From Chiloscyllium plagiosum (Eukaryota): a stretch of DNA of 64,000 bases. The stretch is from contig NC_057718.1 of NCBI RefSeq assembly GCF_004010195.1, forward strand, positions 19,978,351-20,042,350, read 5' to 3'. Below, piece after piece: positions 37,990-51,794 of this stretch. The notes under the pieces were generated by a model. It was not told where the DNA came from, ran no database searches, and was given only the letters and a program-made list of their open reading frames with translations. Numbering within the stretch: position 1 is the first letter of the stretch; every line of letters starts with the position of its first letter. Both the position numbers and the translations under genes were made by a program.

Positions 37990-38813
37990 TAAAGAGGAAC
38001 AGGAGGATAAACTGTATTTAAATTTACAGAGGGTATCTTTTCTGATTAGATACCCTCTTATATGATTAAGCGAAACATCAAAAGTTGCTGTGGAAAATAA
38101 AAGCTTATGGTGGAGAGGTGCATACTGGCAAAGATAGAAGATTGGCTGGCTAATTGGAAGCAATGAGTAAGTGTGAAAGGGTCTTTTCGCCAGTTGGCAA
38201 AATGCAACAAGTGGTGTGGCACAGAGGTCTGTGCTGGAACTTTAACTGTTTGCAATGCATGTTAGTAACTTCAATGAAGGGACAGAGGATATTAATGTTA
38301 CGTTTGCTGATGTCACAAAGATAGGTGGGGAAAGTAAGCTGCGAAGATACATGAGGAGAATAAAGAAAGATACAGATTGATTAACTGAGTGGACAATAGT
38401 CTGGCAAATGGTGCATAATGTGGGAGAATCTAAAATTGTCCATTTTGGATAGAAAGGACACAAAAAGTGATCTTCAGAACTCTCTTCCTAAAAAACAACC
38501 TCCATGGAGTCTTTGAATATCTTTAAAGTAGGGGTGAAAAGATTCTTGTCAGCAAGGGGGTGAAAGCCAGGGGTAATCGGAAACATGGATTTGAGGTAAC
38601 AATCAAATCAGCCACAATCTTTCCGATTAACTCAAAAGTCTGCAGTGGCTAAATAGTCCTCCTGCTGCTTGTTCATATGAAAGATGCAATAAAATGAAAA
38701 TTCTTTCTTCAACTAATTTTAACTACAATGGAAAATGATTCATGACTTAAAAAGTCAGTGGTAATATTAAGTATTAAATCAATTGATCACATTTTTAGCA
38801 AAATGCTCATTAC

Positions 38814-38941
38814 CTTTCAGTTGAAAGTATATGTATAAGCTTCAACAGGAATTCACTGAACATCTGAGGATTGGTTGAAGAGAGGTGCACCTGGAGTCGA
38901 GTAAGAAACTCTAGCATAGCTTGAGTAGCTGTTGGTCCAAC
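38814..38941 (-). CDS. BIRC6: BIRC6 exon (VGPTATQAMLEFLTRLQVHLSS...LSTER)
   Basis: tttcag| acceptor, |gtaatg donor, 128 nt. Confidence 0.93.
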
Positions 38942-41774
38942 CTGAAAGACAAAAGACAGGCTAAACCTTTCTGTTAAACATACTTTGAAATGTAATTTCA
39001 TTAAATCCCAAAGATGCATCTGCAAATGTAGAATTAAAATTGTTGTCACAGTATGAAGTAACCACAATGCTCCATATCGATAATTCAACTTCCAGCCTCA
39101 GTTACAGGAATGCAAAAAAAGAGTTCATAAGATACAGAGCAGAACTAGGCCATTCAGCCCATCGAGTCTGCTCTGCAATTTGATCATGGCTGATGCTTCT
39201 CAAACTCATTCTCTTGCCTTCTCCCTGTAACCTTTGAAGTTCTTTTTAATCAAAAACCTATCTTTATCTTAAATACGCTTAATGACTTGGCCTCCCCAGC
39301 CTTTTGTGGCAATGAGTTCCACAGATTCACCACTCTCTGGCTGAAGAAATTCCTCCCCATCTCAGATTCTGAACAGTTTCCCTTCATTCTGAGGCTGTAT
39401 CCTGGGCTCGTAGTCTCTCCTGCCAGTGGAAACATCTCCACATCCACTTTGTCCACGTTTCTCAGTATTCTGTCAGCTTTAGAATACCAAAGGACCTTGG
39501 ATAAAGTGGGGATGGCAGTTAGAGTTAGGAAATAGTTCAATCCTCAAATTACGCCCAGTAAGGAAAGTGAACTTGTGGGCATGTTATGAACAAATTTATT
39601 TGTGATGTCTTTCGTTTGGCATCACTTCAAACCTTTGCTCATAAAGAATGTAACTTAGTCTATGCAAAATATAGTCTCGGCTAGAGGCCAATGGTTTCAG
39701 AAAGATGGGGAGAGAATTGGAGGAACATCAGAAAAATGGGTGACAAGAAGAAAATTTCCAATCTTAATTTTTGGTCTACCCTGCTCTTCATTCAGAATCC
39801 TCTCCTTTCAGTAAAAGCTGTCCTCCAATTTGACAACAATTTTAAAGGTTAAGCTTTTGATACTCTTGACTTTTTGAATGAGTTGAAAGTAAACAGTGTG
39901 TGTGTTAAATTTGTGGCATCAACATATCAAGTTTTGATATCAAAATATGGCAACATTCTACATATATTGAAACTCATTTCAACACAATTAACCAAAGTAT
40001 CCAGTGCAAAATTTATTGACCTACACTATGATGTCATCAGTAAAATGACTGCACAAGTAAGTTTCCAGAGTTAGAATAAATACAATTTGCATCAACGTTT
40101 TTGGACTGTTGTCGAGTCAACTCAATAACAAAAGACACACTCATGATGCAAAAATATGCAGGACTTTAATTTCATGTGTAGATCAATTTAAATAACCTAA
40201 GAAATAATAAGCTTTTCCATAAAAAGCATGTGCAAGTGAATGTTCTTGCTCAACATACCCAAAAGCATCAGGTGTGTGAAGATATTTGCTACTTGGAAGC
40301 TATCTACTTCCTCCCATTGTGACAACTAAGCAGTGTAGCAAAGATCATTCCAGATCTGCAATTTGGTGTATTTGATCACCAGAGCAGCAACCATCAACAT
40401 ACTGGGCAAGTTGCAGCATATACCCGCAAAGGGAAACCTCCAGGTTTGCCTTCTGCTAGTACAAATGAAAGGAATATGAAGTAGATTGCACTCCAGATGT
40501 ACACTCTAAGTTTGTCTGATATCTTCTGTACCCATCAAGGCAATCTAGTGCAGTTTGGGTGCAGGATAATCATTCCATTAACCTTGCCAGCTGAATTAGT
40601 TTTTTTTAGGTTTGGCAACTTCAACAGTACATCTCTTGTGATAACATTCGTTTCTGGTATTGGACTGAAAGTTCAGAAGTCATTGCATCTTTTAATTTAT
40701 ATCCTGCTCCTAAAACCGATGAACACAAGACTCATCCACAAGTTGACTTGCTTACTTGCTTTCTTTAGGGTACTTAATCAGAATGGTTTCAGTGGCGGTA
40801 TAATCATATTGTCAATCATTGACTGAATTGTTACATGGAGCTAAGAAAGTACATTCATATTCTTAGAAGTTCACAAACATCACTAATGAGAAATCATATA
40901 TTTTCATTCAAAATAGTAGAGCTAAAAGTGGTCACTGAACTCAGTTGAGTTTTTTGATACAAATATTTATCTTTGATACAAACTTCTCCCCATACATTTA
41001 GCTATTAACTAGCAAAATTCCTATTTAATGCTTTATGAGCACTACAATTGCATCTTCTAACACTGCAGAGTGCTTCATACCATGAATTAGCAACTAGTCC
41101 TAACCTTGGTGACATTAATTGGACAGACTCAAACAATCAACTGAATTGCAGAATTTAATATTGTGGTTCTTTATACTTTCTCTGTTCATTGCCTTGTCAA
41201 AATCCCACCAACACCTTCAAAAGAACAAGTGTTCCTCTTATTTAATCAATAGCCAACATACGTAATGAGAAAATTATTCCGGTATTTGGGGTGGTAACAT
41301 AAATTCTGGCAATAGTGTTGAGAAACATATTCACTCAATTTCTCTGTTGTTCTGAAATTACACCAAGCAGGGTCTAAAAAAGACCTCTCCATTGGGAGAA
41401 AGAATGGGTACACACTCTGTTAGTACCAATTTATTCTTCAATGTCTCCCATCATCTCAACCAGCAAACAGCTTAAAGGAAGTCCGAGATCAGAGCATCAC
41501 AACTGGGTCAAGGATTAAGTAAAATGAAAAACTTCAGCTCACAGGAAAAGGGTGCTAACATATGGAACAAAGCCAAGTTAACAGAAATTTTAAAGTTGGA
41601 TCAACAGCACACTTTAATTCAGTAATAGAGAATAATTATTCAACAACTGTCACATTGTCACTTGAGTCCCCAAGTAGATTAGAGATTTGGATAAAATAAA
41701 AACAAGAATACTGCCAAGAAAGATAGTTTTTTTTTAAAAATAAATACATACCAAAAATGTAAAAAATTAAGTAC

Positions 41775-41908
41775 CTGTGGGCTGTGTTGACAAGTACCAT
41801 GAGGGCTGGTTCCTGAGAAGAATCTCACTAATACATGAATCATGTTCGGATCAGAAACCATCACCTGAGCTGTGTTTTCTTGCAACACGATGCTATTGCT
41901 TGGGGCAA
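41775..41908 (-). CDS. BIRC6: BIRC6 exon (VAPSNSIVLQENTAQ...QHSPQ)
   Basis: tttcag| acceptor, |gtactt donor, 134 nt. Confidence 0.9.
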
Positions 41909-42348
41909 CTGAAACAAAAAAAAATTGGCCTCCAATAAACTTGCTGTTGACATAATGTTTAAAGATTAAGTAAGCATCTCAATCCAACTTATGCACGGTA
42001 AGCGTTATGTTTATTTTTCTTTTCCATTCAGAGGATGTGGGCTTTGCTGGCTGTGCCAGCATTTATTGAACTCATTGTAAAATTTAAATACAGTAAGAAA
42101 GTTATGCATTCACTTCATAAAATTTTGTAAATGATTTAAATTTGCAGCTTCTAAATTGAAGTCCATTTTTATTTGCCAAAGTGAATAAAGCAAACAAGGA
42201 AAACCCTGGAATGATAAAAATCTCCTGTTTGATATTATCAAGTTAATGCTCTCCTGGGTGGCATAGAAAGCTTAAGATAGTTTCAATATTTCCTTTGGCC
42301 CTAGTCTGCACCTTGCTTGAATATCATTCACCAAACATCTTTTTTCAC

Positions 42349-42440
42349 TCATTCCTGAAGAAGGGCTTATGCCCAAAACGTCGATTCTCCTGCTCCTCGG
42401 ATGCTGCCTGGCCTGCTGTGTTTTTCCAGCATCACATTTT
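42349..42440 (+). mobile_element. Penelope terminal fragment
   Basis: Same family as the 19320 and 20235 inserts; flanked by ATCTTTTT(T)CACT. Confidence 0.75.
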
Positions 42441-42756
42441 TCAAATCTTTTTTCACTGGTCAAGATTTCAATTTCTAGCATAAATGCCTCCTGTTCTGCC
42501 CTTCAGTTCTGCATCTTGTATGTTCTTTCTCATTAGTCAACTATTCTGCCAATTGCGCATACTGGCTGCAATCTTTTATTTGCACACGATCGGAACTTAA
42601 GAGGAAGACTTGATTAGAATATTGGAAGGTTGTACTGGTCATCAAAAACCTCCCAAATATTTTGCCCTAGCTTCCTCCTTCTATTGGTTCCATAAGTCTC
42701 CAGCTCATTTGAGCACTTCTCAATATTCTGTTCAGCAATCATGCAGAAGTTGAAGC

Positions 42757-42930
42757 CTCCTCTAGCTTATCTCTCGACGCTTCAGGCTCACTGCCTTTAT
42801 TCCTGATGAAGGGCTTTTGCCCAAAACGTCGGTTTCGCTGCACCTTAGATGCTGCCTGAACTGCTGTGCTCTTCCAGCACCACTAATCCAGAATCTGGTT
42901 TCCAGCATCTGCAGTCATTGTTTTTACCTA
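42757..42930 (+). mobile_element. Penelope terminal fragment
   Basis: Near reverse complement of 17817-17947. Confidence 0.8.
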
Positions 42931-43650
42931 GCCACAATTCAAATATCATACTAACTTGCAATTGTGTTAAAACCTCAAAGTAATTCAGCTATTTCATCAC
43001 TGATTTTAAAACTTGTTCAAAAGTACGCAATCCGAAAACATGGAATTCAGGTTTGCATTCATGATTTTATTTTCCATTTGCAAAATCCACTTATGCAGTG
43101 CAAGTGCAGGAAAAGATTTGATGATTAAACAAATCTTTGTAGCAATGCTGAAAATGCAAGCTCTTACCAGTTCTAACTAGTGGAAGAAATTGTCACTGTT
43201 AGATATATCATAAGCCTTCGTGATCTTGAAGGCCTCCGTCAGGTCAACTCTGAAGCTTCTCTGCACTCAATTCCTCAACTTCTCTTCACAACAGTATCAT
43301 AAATAAACCCACACTCCACCTTTATCACTGCTTTTAACCATATCCACAGGCTAACTAAGCTTTGGACAAAAGATCTTCATTACTGACAGAGAAGAAAGCA
43401 ACTCAAAAATAAATATAGCTCAAGTTTCAAATAGCAAATCGTACAGCTGGAATATACAAGCATATGAATAAGTGAACAGTAGGCATAAGTAAACCATAAC
43501 TTAGGGAGGTTATTATTTTGTTTAAATAGGATCTTAAAAGACACCAAATATAATTAGACTAATCCAGGGAAACTATGCTCAGGGTTTCTCTGCACAATTT
43601 TGCATTACTAGAGGAAGGTAGAAAAATTTGAAACTCAAGGGATCACTTAC

Positions 43651-43761
43651 CATTCAGCTGCATGTTCGTCATGAGAGTCAGACTGTGCAACACAAGGCAC
43701 CAAGTCCGCAGTGAAGTGTTTGGGTACCAGGCTAACACTGTTAAGAGGCTAGATATTGAAG
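43651..43761 (-). CDS. BIRC6: BIRC6 exon (ASISSLLTVLAWYPNTSLRTWC...TNMQLN)
   Basis: tggcag| acceptor chosen to keep phase, |gtaagt donor, 111 nt. Confidence 0.88.
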
Positions 43762-43971
43762 CTGCCATTTAAATGAAAAGACATGTTTTGAGAAAGTTGA
43801 AGTTCACAGAGTGGACAAGTTTTAACTGCCAACAGGCACTGATTATCTTTTAAAAATACTTCGTATTTTGTCTCCAAAAATATATATACATATGCAAATT
43901 TAATTCAGCAATTTTTGGATGTTTGAGAAAATGAAGTAAACAGCCTCTACTTTTGGTAAAAAGCAGCTCAC

Positions 43972-44098
43972 CTTGACTTAAAGGGATTGTTGGAACTCTG
44001 CTTGCATTAAATAAAAAAACATCAGTTCCAGCTTCTTCATTTCCAACAGAACAAGCATTCATGCTCAATGTAAGCCATAACTGCAATAATGATTCCAA
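43972..44098 (-). CDS. BIRC6: BIRC6 exon (LESLLQLWLTLSMN...PTIPLSQ)
   Basis: tttcag| acceptor, |gtgagc donor, 127 nt. Confidence 0.92.
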
Positions 44099-44187
44099 CT
44101 GAAATAAAATTAAAAACTGCAATTAAAAAAAGATGAAAATGAAGAATCATAGTCAAAGAAACAAATGAAATAATTCAGATCCTATAC

Positions 44188-44333
44188 CTGAACATGATGA
44201 ACCTGCAGCATTGAGAACAGTTTGTTGAAGCATGCACTTAACATGGGGATTGATGGTGGTGGCACAATTAGCTGGCTAGACGAATGCAAGCCCCTCAACA
44301 TGGAGTCATCAGTTCCAGGAGGTGGCTGAGATA
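44188..44333 (-). CDS. BIRC6: BIRC6 exon (VSQPPPGTDDSML...FSMLQVHHVQ)
   Basis: ctctag| acceptor, |gtatag donor, 146 nt. Confidence 0.9.
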
Positions 44334-47146
44334 CTAGAGCAAACAAATAAAACATTACCATTTAGTGCCCCACCTCTTTACAATAAGTTACAACAAAATT
44401 CTACATCTACCGTGGCACCACATCATTAGCAATTACTCAAATTGATAGTAGTTGGTATTCTACCTCTAATAATGTTCTATTTAAGTGCTAACATTTATTT
44501 AGAGGTTCTATTGCATTCACAGAACTATTGTTTTTAAGATCAAGGGAAAAGCTCAGAAGTGGGAGATTTTGGGTTTTGTTTTTGACTTTAGGTGGTGTTG
44601 GTCCTGTGGAATGAAGGTGCTGGCGTTGAACTGTAATACATTGCATCAGTTGTATGACACTTTGATCTTTTACTTATAAATTCTGTGTCCTATGTACCTG
44701 CCCCATTCGCTATCTGACAAAGGAACGGTGTTCCAAAAGCTTGTACATTCAAATAAACCTGTTGGATTATAACCTGGTGTTGCGCGATTTTTAACTTAGT
44801 TCTGTGAAAACACTGGAACAAGATAGTTACGCAAAATTTCTGCGAAGTCAAGATAAGATAGTGATTTTGATTACCATGGTGTGAAGAGTTGATCCACCAT
44901 TCAATATGATCATGGCTGAATTCATTTCAGCCTCAACCCCACTCCTACCTATGCCCATTTCAAATTAAAAATCCGAGTAAATTTAAGAAACACAGACAAT
45001 ATCTCATGTTGGGTAGTGAATTTCATAGATTCACTACCCTTTGAGAGACATAATTCCACTGCAACTCCATTCTAAATCTGCTACACCTCACTCTAAAACT
45101 ACGACCTCTCGTTTTAGGTTGCTCACTACCGGAAACATCCTTTTTACATCTAATTTGTCAATTTCCATTAGCATTTTATGTACTGGAATTGCATCTCTCA
45201 CTCTTCTAAACTCGAGTGTATAGGCTTCAATTACTCCATCTCACACTCCTTAAGGCAAACTCGTCACCTCTGGAATCAATCTAGTGAGTCTCCTCTGAAC
45301 CAGTTTTTCATCCTCAAACTGAATTTGAGCTCTAGCATACCTTAATCACTCTTCCCTACAGTATCCTTTACTAGGAGTTCATTCATTAATCCCACCTCAT
45401 TACACAAAACCAAATTCTGAATAACTTGGTCTCTCATTGGTTTCCCAACAGATTGCTTCAAGAAACATTCTCTAATAAATTCAATTAACTCTCCCTCAAG
45501 GCAATCCTTACAAATTTAATTAATCCAGCCTACATACATATTAAAATCACCCAGGATTATTGTTGTACCTTTTTTATGAGCCCACAGTATTTCCTGGTTT
45601 ATATTGTGCCTCATTATGGAGCTGCCATTTAAGGACCTAAAGATTGTCCCTACCAGGGACTTTTCTCCCTTGCTATTTCTCATTTCTACCCAAACAGATT
45701 CACATTATCTTAAAGCTGGGTGCCATTGAGTTGAGGTATGTGGTAGCTCAAAGAAGCAGCTATCACAGTTCCAGAATAAAGATTCAGCTCGCAAGTGACT
45801 CAAATGTCCTGAGGTGTTAGGAACATGGATTCTGGTGAGAATATTAAAGAGTGGTGTTTTGTGTACTATAAAAAAACCTGCCTTGTTTATTTTCAATTTA
45901 TAAAGTTTTGGGATAATACTTGGGCTGTGTTTAAGATCTAGGAATTTATATTATAAGTAGATAGTTTTGACTGTTCTATTTTATTGCAGTTACTTATTTT
46001 TGTTTATAAAGTAAAACCTGCAGCAGCGTATGCTTATGTTTCAGCAAAAGACCACTTTATTAAAATGGAAACAGATTAAAGTAAGATTTATCAAACCGGG
46101 TTTCTGTCTGGAATTTGACTTGTCTGGTAATAACATCAGCCGTGATAACAATAGTATTAACTGTCTTATCGCTTTATTCAAGTGATAAATAAGAAGAAGC
46201 CACTATATTAAGATGCATTTTGAGAATGCTGATACTCTGGTAACTTTACTCTGATGGAAAGCAGTTTCCAAAGCACAAAAGACACAGAAGTTGTATAAGT
46301 TACAGTCACATACTTGTTACAGCACAGGAGGAGACCATTCACTCCAATTGATTCTGCACTGGCTCTCCAAAATAAGCAATTGACTTAGTGCCATTCTACC
46401 ACTTTTTCTCCATAATGTTACACATTCTTCCTTTATCTCAATCAGTTTCTGACCAGACCATGAAGCTACAGACGTAGCAACTCCCAATCAAGTGCTAAGG
46501 TTCCCTCGGAAAGTTTTAAAACCTCACATGCAATCTTTTTAATGTTTAAAAGCTGTTCAAAAAGAAATCTCGGCATGTATCCAAATGTGCACATGAGGGG
46601 GGTTAAACTCAGCAACCTGCATCAATAAAGAGCATTACTAGGGCTGCCAGCAGCACATCACACTTCAGAGTTAGCCTAACTGCAGTTGAAGGTCGATGTC
46701 AGAACAGCGGCAATATATTGAACACATCACAATTCTAATTTGTGCTGCAACAAAATAAATGCAACACAGCTCATAAATCAGGCTGGGATAAATCTGCAAT
46801 AGTAAGAGAATTAGAAAAGAAAAAAAGAAGTTTTCTGTAGTTTCAACTGATGTTAGGAAGTACCTCTCCAAAAAAAAAGGACAGTGAAAATCTGGAATCA
46901 CTCTCCCAGAGAGCCACTGATGCTCCAACAATTGAAAATTTCAAAACTCAGCTTGATGATATATTTGCCCCGGAAAACCCCAAGGGAATTGGAACCAAGG
47001 CTGATAATTGGGATGAATTACAGATCAGCCATGATATAAATGAATGGCAAATCAGGCTCAAGGAGCTGAATGCCATGTTCCTTTTCTTATGTTCTTATAA
47101 TTTAGCACTCTGCTCCAGAGACTTGAGCATCTCTCCATCCATCTAC

Positions 47147-47263
47147 CTGTAGGTGATGTATTAGTGAGAGCCTGAAGAATAGAATCAGCTTCCAGTGTAG
47201 CCATCATCTTCAACATAAGCTCAGCTTGCTGCTCCAAACCAACCTCCAGACGAGCATCCAGCG
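47147..47263 (-). CDS. BIRC6: BIRC6 exon (ALDARLEVGLEQQAELMLKMM...NTSPT)
   Basis: gtgcag| acceptor, |gtagat donor, 117 nt. Confidence 0.9.
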
Positions 47264-47356
47264 CTGCACCACAAACAGAACCAAGGATAGTTACTTTCTT
47301 TTCCTGCTAGCTTCAGCATCAAATAGCAAAACAAATTACTTATGAAAGATACAAAC

Positions 47357-47510
47357 CTTGCGAAATGGAAACGGATACACTTTGAGATCCATTCTTCTCG
47401 CTGGCAGGGGGTGGTTTTGGCATCTGAATTCCAACTCCACCAACATAAGGATTGTAACTGTAAGTCCCGTAGTCTGTACCCCAATAGTCGTACCAAGTAC
47501 TGCTAATTGG
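47357..47510 (-). CDS. BIRC6: BIRC6 exon (PISSTWYDYWGTDYG...SVSISQ)
   Basis: caaaag| acceptor, |gtttgt donor, 154 nt. Confidence 0.9.
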
Positions 47511-48195
47511 CTTTTGTGAATAAAAAAAATTGAAGAGCAATACTAATGTGTTTAATGCACACTTTACAATTCTCATCATTTTTTGTAAAAATGTTAGTAT
47601 CATTCAGGAATCTACAGAATATTTAAAGTTTAAAATTAAATCTATGCTGGCAACCAAAATGAAAATGCTGAAATAAAGCAAACCCATCATTGCTACACAA
47701 ATGCTATAATTAAAATTATCCATGTTTTTTTTATTTGTACAGTCCCTAAAATTGTGTTGTCTTGGGCTCCCAAACATTACTGTTGTCCAAATTTATGAAA
47801 AATTTATGAAACCTAAACTGAATCCAATTCTCAATTCCGAAAGCACAACACAAGTTAAACAGACAATCATACATTTATAACGGTGAGTGCTCTGAAGGGC
47901 CATTGGTTAATTTTATGTTTTCAGAACCACCAATTCATTTAATAAAATTTTTCTCAAATCAGTAATAAGATTTTAGAAGTAGGATGATGGACAGTAATAG
48001 GACAAAAGTTTTATTCAAATCTTTGGTCTCTTTTTGACCATGAACAAGAAAAATGAAAAGATCGAAATGATAAGAGTTAGAAATGAGAAACCTCTTACTC
48101 CCAAGGCAACACAACAGAAGTCAAATTTTGCAACATTAGCCAGAACGAAAACAAGTTTTGCATGCAAAAATGTAATTTAAGCATATGTACCATAC

Positions 48196-48329
48196 CTTGA
48201 ATACTTTGGCAGCAAGTGGATCTTCATCAAAGTCAACATCTAGGGGACCAATATCAACATCCATGAGGTCTTGTAGCATGTCAAAGTCTTTGTCTTTATC
48301 TTTTTCCAAAGATGATGCAGATGGAGCAC
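48196..48329 (-). CDS. BIRC6: BIRC6 exon (GAPSASSLEKDK...DPLAAKVFK)
   Basis: ccaaag| acceptor, |gtatgg donor, 134 nt. Confidence 0.88.
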
Positions 48330-48524
48330 CTTTGGATGATGAAAACAGCTTTAACATTGCCAAGTATGTTAACTAATGTATGGAAATGGACCACATACAC
48401 TCACCAGGCAATTTTAAGGCTGTGCTTTCTCTTTTAATTTATAAACTAAAAACTGACAATATATAAAACTTAAAGTTAATAAATAGGCAACCAATTCACT
48501 ACTTTGCCCTTACAAGTCACATAC

Positions 48525-48683
48525 CTGTAATATCTGGGGTCAGAGGTTCATCTATAGATTCCACAAGTGGAATTACAGGCGTTTGTGGCAGGGTATCATC
48601 AGAGTCAGCTGCCGATGCCCCTGCATCTTCACCAACTGCTCCTTCTTCCATGGTCTCTATTGTTACTGGTGACAAGAGCTCAC
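48525..48683 (-). CDS. BIRC6: BIRC6 exon (GELLSPVTIETMEEG...LTPDITG)
   Basis: aaacag| acceptor, |gtatgt donor, 159 nt. Confidence 0.9.
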
Positions 48684-49216
48684 CTGTTTCAATATTCAGA
48701 AAGGTTTGTAATATATTATAACTGGAACAAAATATTTTAGTATTTGTTAACCTATCCACACAGGACACAAAACCTGGAACTTTTGGCTGAAATTAGGGCA
48801 AAAGAAAAATTCAAATTCTGAAAGTCTGTTATAAAAATACATTCACAACAGGTTGATCAGCATTAAGAGAAAAATGGTCTGCACGCTGATGTAGGGTTAG
48901 TTCAATTTCATAGAGTGACTGACCAGGTTCATTAAAATAAGTTGTATGAACTAACAAATTCCTAGATAATTGGAAAACAGCAACACAGGTGGGGACAAAC
49001 TGTAAAACTATGTTAATTAGCTTAACATCAGTCAAAGGGAAACTGCTAAAGTCCATAAAAAAGTTTATAGAAAGACACTTAAAAAAATCATGATTCGATC
49101 AGGTAAAGTCAAAATGTGAAAGAAAAATCATATTTGACTAATTTATTACAGTTCTTTGAAAAAGGAAAAGGCCATATGGTTAAAACCACCTGCACTTCTA
49201 AAAATACATTTGATAG

Positions 49217-50455
49217 GGTGTAGGTTTGCTCGCTAAGCTGTAGGTTTGATATCCAGACGTTTCATTACCTGGCAAGGTAACATCATCAGTGGCGACCTCC
49301 AAGTGAAGCAAAGCTGTTGTCTCCTGCTTTCTATTTATATCTTTCTCCTGGATGGGTTTTCCTGGGGTTTGTGGTGAAGTCATTTCCTGTTCATTTTCTG
49401 CGGGGTTGATAGATGGCATCTAGATCTATGTGTTTATTTATGGCGTTGTGATTGGAGTGCCAGGCCTCTAGGAATTCTCTGGCATGTCTTTGCTTAGCCT
49501 GTCCCAGGATAGATGTGTTGTCCCAGTCGAAATGATGTTTTTTTTCATCCATGTGTAGGGCTACGAGGGAGAGAGGGTGGTGTCTTTTTGTGGTGAGCTG
49601 GTGTTCGTGTATCCTGGTGGCTAACTTTCTTCCTGTTTGTCCTATGTAGTGTTTGTGGCAGTCCTCGCATGGAATTTTGTAGATGATTTTGGTTTTGTCC
49701 ATGGGTTGTACTGGGTCTTTTAAGTTTGTTAGTTTTTGTTTGAGAGTGTTGGTGGGTTTGTGTGCTACTAGGATTCCAAGGGGTCTTAGTAGTCTGGCTG
49801 TCTTTCTGAAACTTCTTTGATGTATGGTAAGGTGGTTAGGGTTTCATGCTGTGTTTGGTCTGCTTGTTGTGGTTTGTCCTTGAGGAATCTGTGCACTGTA
49901 TTATTTGAGTATCCGTTCTTCTTGAATACGTTGTATAGGTGGTTCTCCTCTGTTTTCCGAAGTTCGTCTGTGCTGCAGTGTGTGGTGGCTCGTTGGAATA
50001 GTGTTCTGATACAGCTTCGTTTGTGTGTGTTGGGATGGTTGCTGGTGTAGTTAAGTATTTGGTCAGTGCTTGTCGGTTTTCTGTATATGCAGGTTTGTAG
50101 TTCTCCGTTGTCCTTTCTTTCGACTGTGACGTCTAGGAATGCGAGTTTGTTGTCGGTTTCTTCCTCCTTGGTGAACTTTATGCCTGTGAGGATGTTGTTG
50201 ACACATAGATCTAGATGCATCTATCAACCCCTCAGAAAACGAACAGGAAATGACATCACCACAAACCCCAGGAACCCCATCCAGGAGAAAGATATAAATA
50301 GAATGCAGGAGACAACAGCTTCGCTTCACTTGGAGGTCGCCACTGATGATATTACCTAGCCGGGTAATGAAACGTCTGGATATCAAACCTACAGCTCAGC
50401 GAGCAAACCTCCATCCTAAACCTCAACCTGACCTACAAACCTTCACAAACCTTGC
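49217..50455 (-). mobile_element. Penelope (Poseidon-like) element, 5' truncated, with inverted pseudo-LTR
   Basis: RT thumb (IKFTKEEETDNKLAFLDV, YRKPT) and GIY-YIG (IIYKIPCEDCHKHYIGQTGR); 49217-49434 is inverted at 50202-50416; TSD AAATACATTTG. Confidence 0.92.
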
Positions 50456-51794
50456 AAATACATTTGGTAAGATGGCACATTACAGAATGCAAAAAAAAAC
50501 GCAAGATCATGGCATAATGCTTAACATGTTAAGTGAGCAGGCAAAAATGTAATGGATTTAGTATAATGTGGGAAAATGACAATGCATCCACTTAAGCAGA
50601 AAGAATAGAAAAGCAGTACAGCATTTAAATGGAGAGAGATTTCAGAATTCTGTGGTATAGATGGATCAGAATATTCTAGCACATGGATTACAAAACGTTC
50701 ATTTGAGGGTGTAACATGTAATCAGGAAGGCAAATGCAATAGTGCTGTTTGTTGCAAAGGGACAAATTTAAAATTACTCAAATTTCACTGCAGCTGTAGT
50801 GAGCCAAATCTGGAGTACTTAAGTTTCTTTATTTAAAAGATGATGTTCTTTTGTTCATGGGATGTGGGTGTCACTGGCCAGAACAGGTAAGAATTTCCTT
50901 CCCTAAAGGATATTAGCAATCTAGATACAAATTTGGTAGAAACAGTTCAGAAAAGGTTTGTAACTCATTTTTGGGTTATGCGGAACTGATGAACGGGTTG
51001 GGTTTATATGCATTGGAGTTTAGAAGAAAGATGATATTATTGAAACACAAGATCATAAAGAGCACTGTGACTGAGTACACCCCATGAGGGTGTAGGGAGA
51101 CTCTATTCATTTTCAAGAACAAAATGACTTAAAATGACTTCCTGTTAAGAACATGAGTAATAGTATCCTTCAGAGAGACATTAAACTTGCAACTCTTTCC
51201 CAGAAAGCAATAGAGTCAAGGTCATTGAATTACTCAAGGCTGAGTTGGATAGTTTTGAGAGACAAGGGCAGCAAGAGCGTGTGTGTGTGCACGTGCCAGA
51301 TAGGAAAGTGGAGTTGAGACCACAATCAAATCAGCCATGACCTCATCAAATGACAGACCTTGTTTCAAGGGCTAAACGGCCGACTCCTATTCTATGCCTT
51401 TTATCCCCATAAACCAGTTTCTTTAAAACGGTGGACAAAATTTGATAATGCAGATATTTCCCAAGTTCTCAATTTAATTACAAATTAAAAGGTTAAATGG
51501 TGTGTAAAAGGGGGAAAATACTAAGCCAAACAGGAGACGTTGGCAGTATAAAGTGAAGCAACAATATGCCAAAATGAATATTTGCCTAGTTTAAGTAACA
51601 TGTTTACATTAACTGCTGCTGACAAACACACTGCCAATTTGAACAACTACTTGAGAAACTAAAAAGGCCAACTGAAATTCACCCAAAAGTCTATTTTGTT
51701 CCTATTTCAGCGACGATCCAAATTGCTGGAAACATTCAGGTCATGCTGAATCTGTGATCGGAAACTGGCAAAGTCAAACATCAATCAGGACTGA

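Noticed and set aside
43748..43761. Alternative acceptor TAG at 43749-43751
   Set aside because: It breaks the reading frame; 43761 keeps phase.
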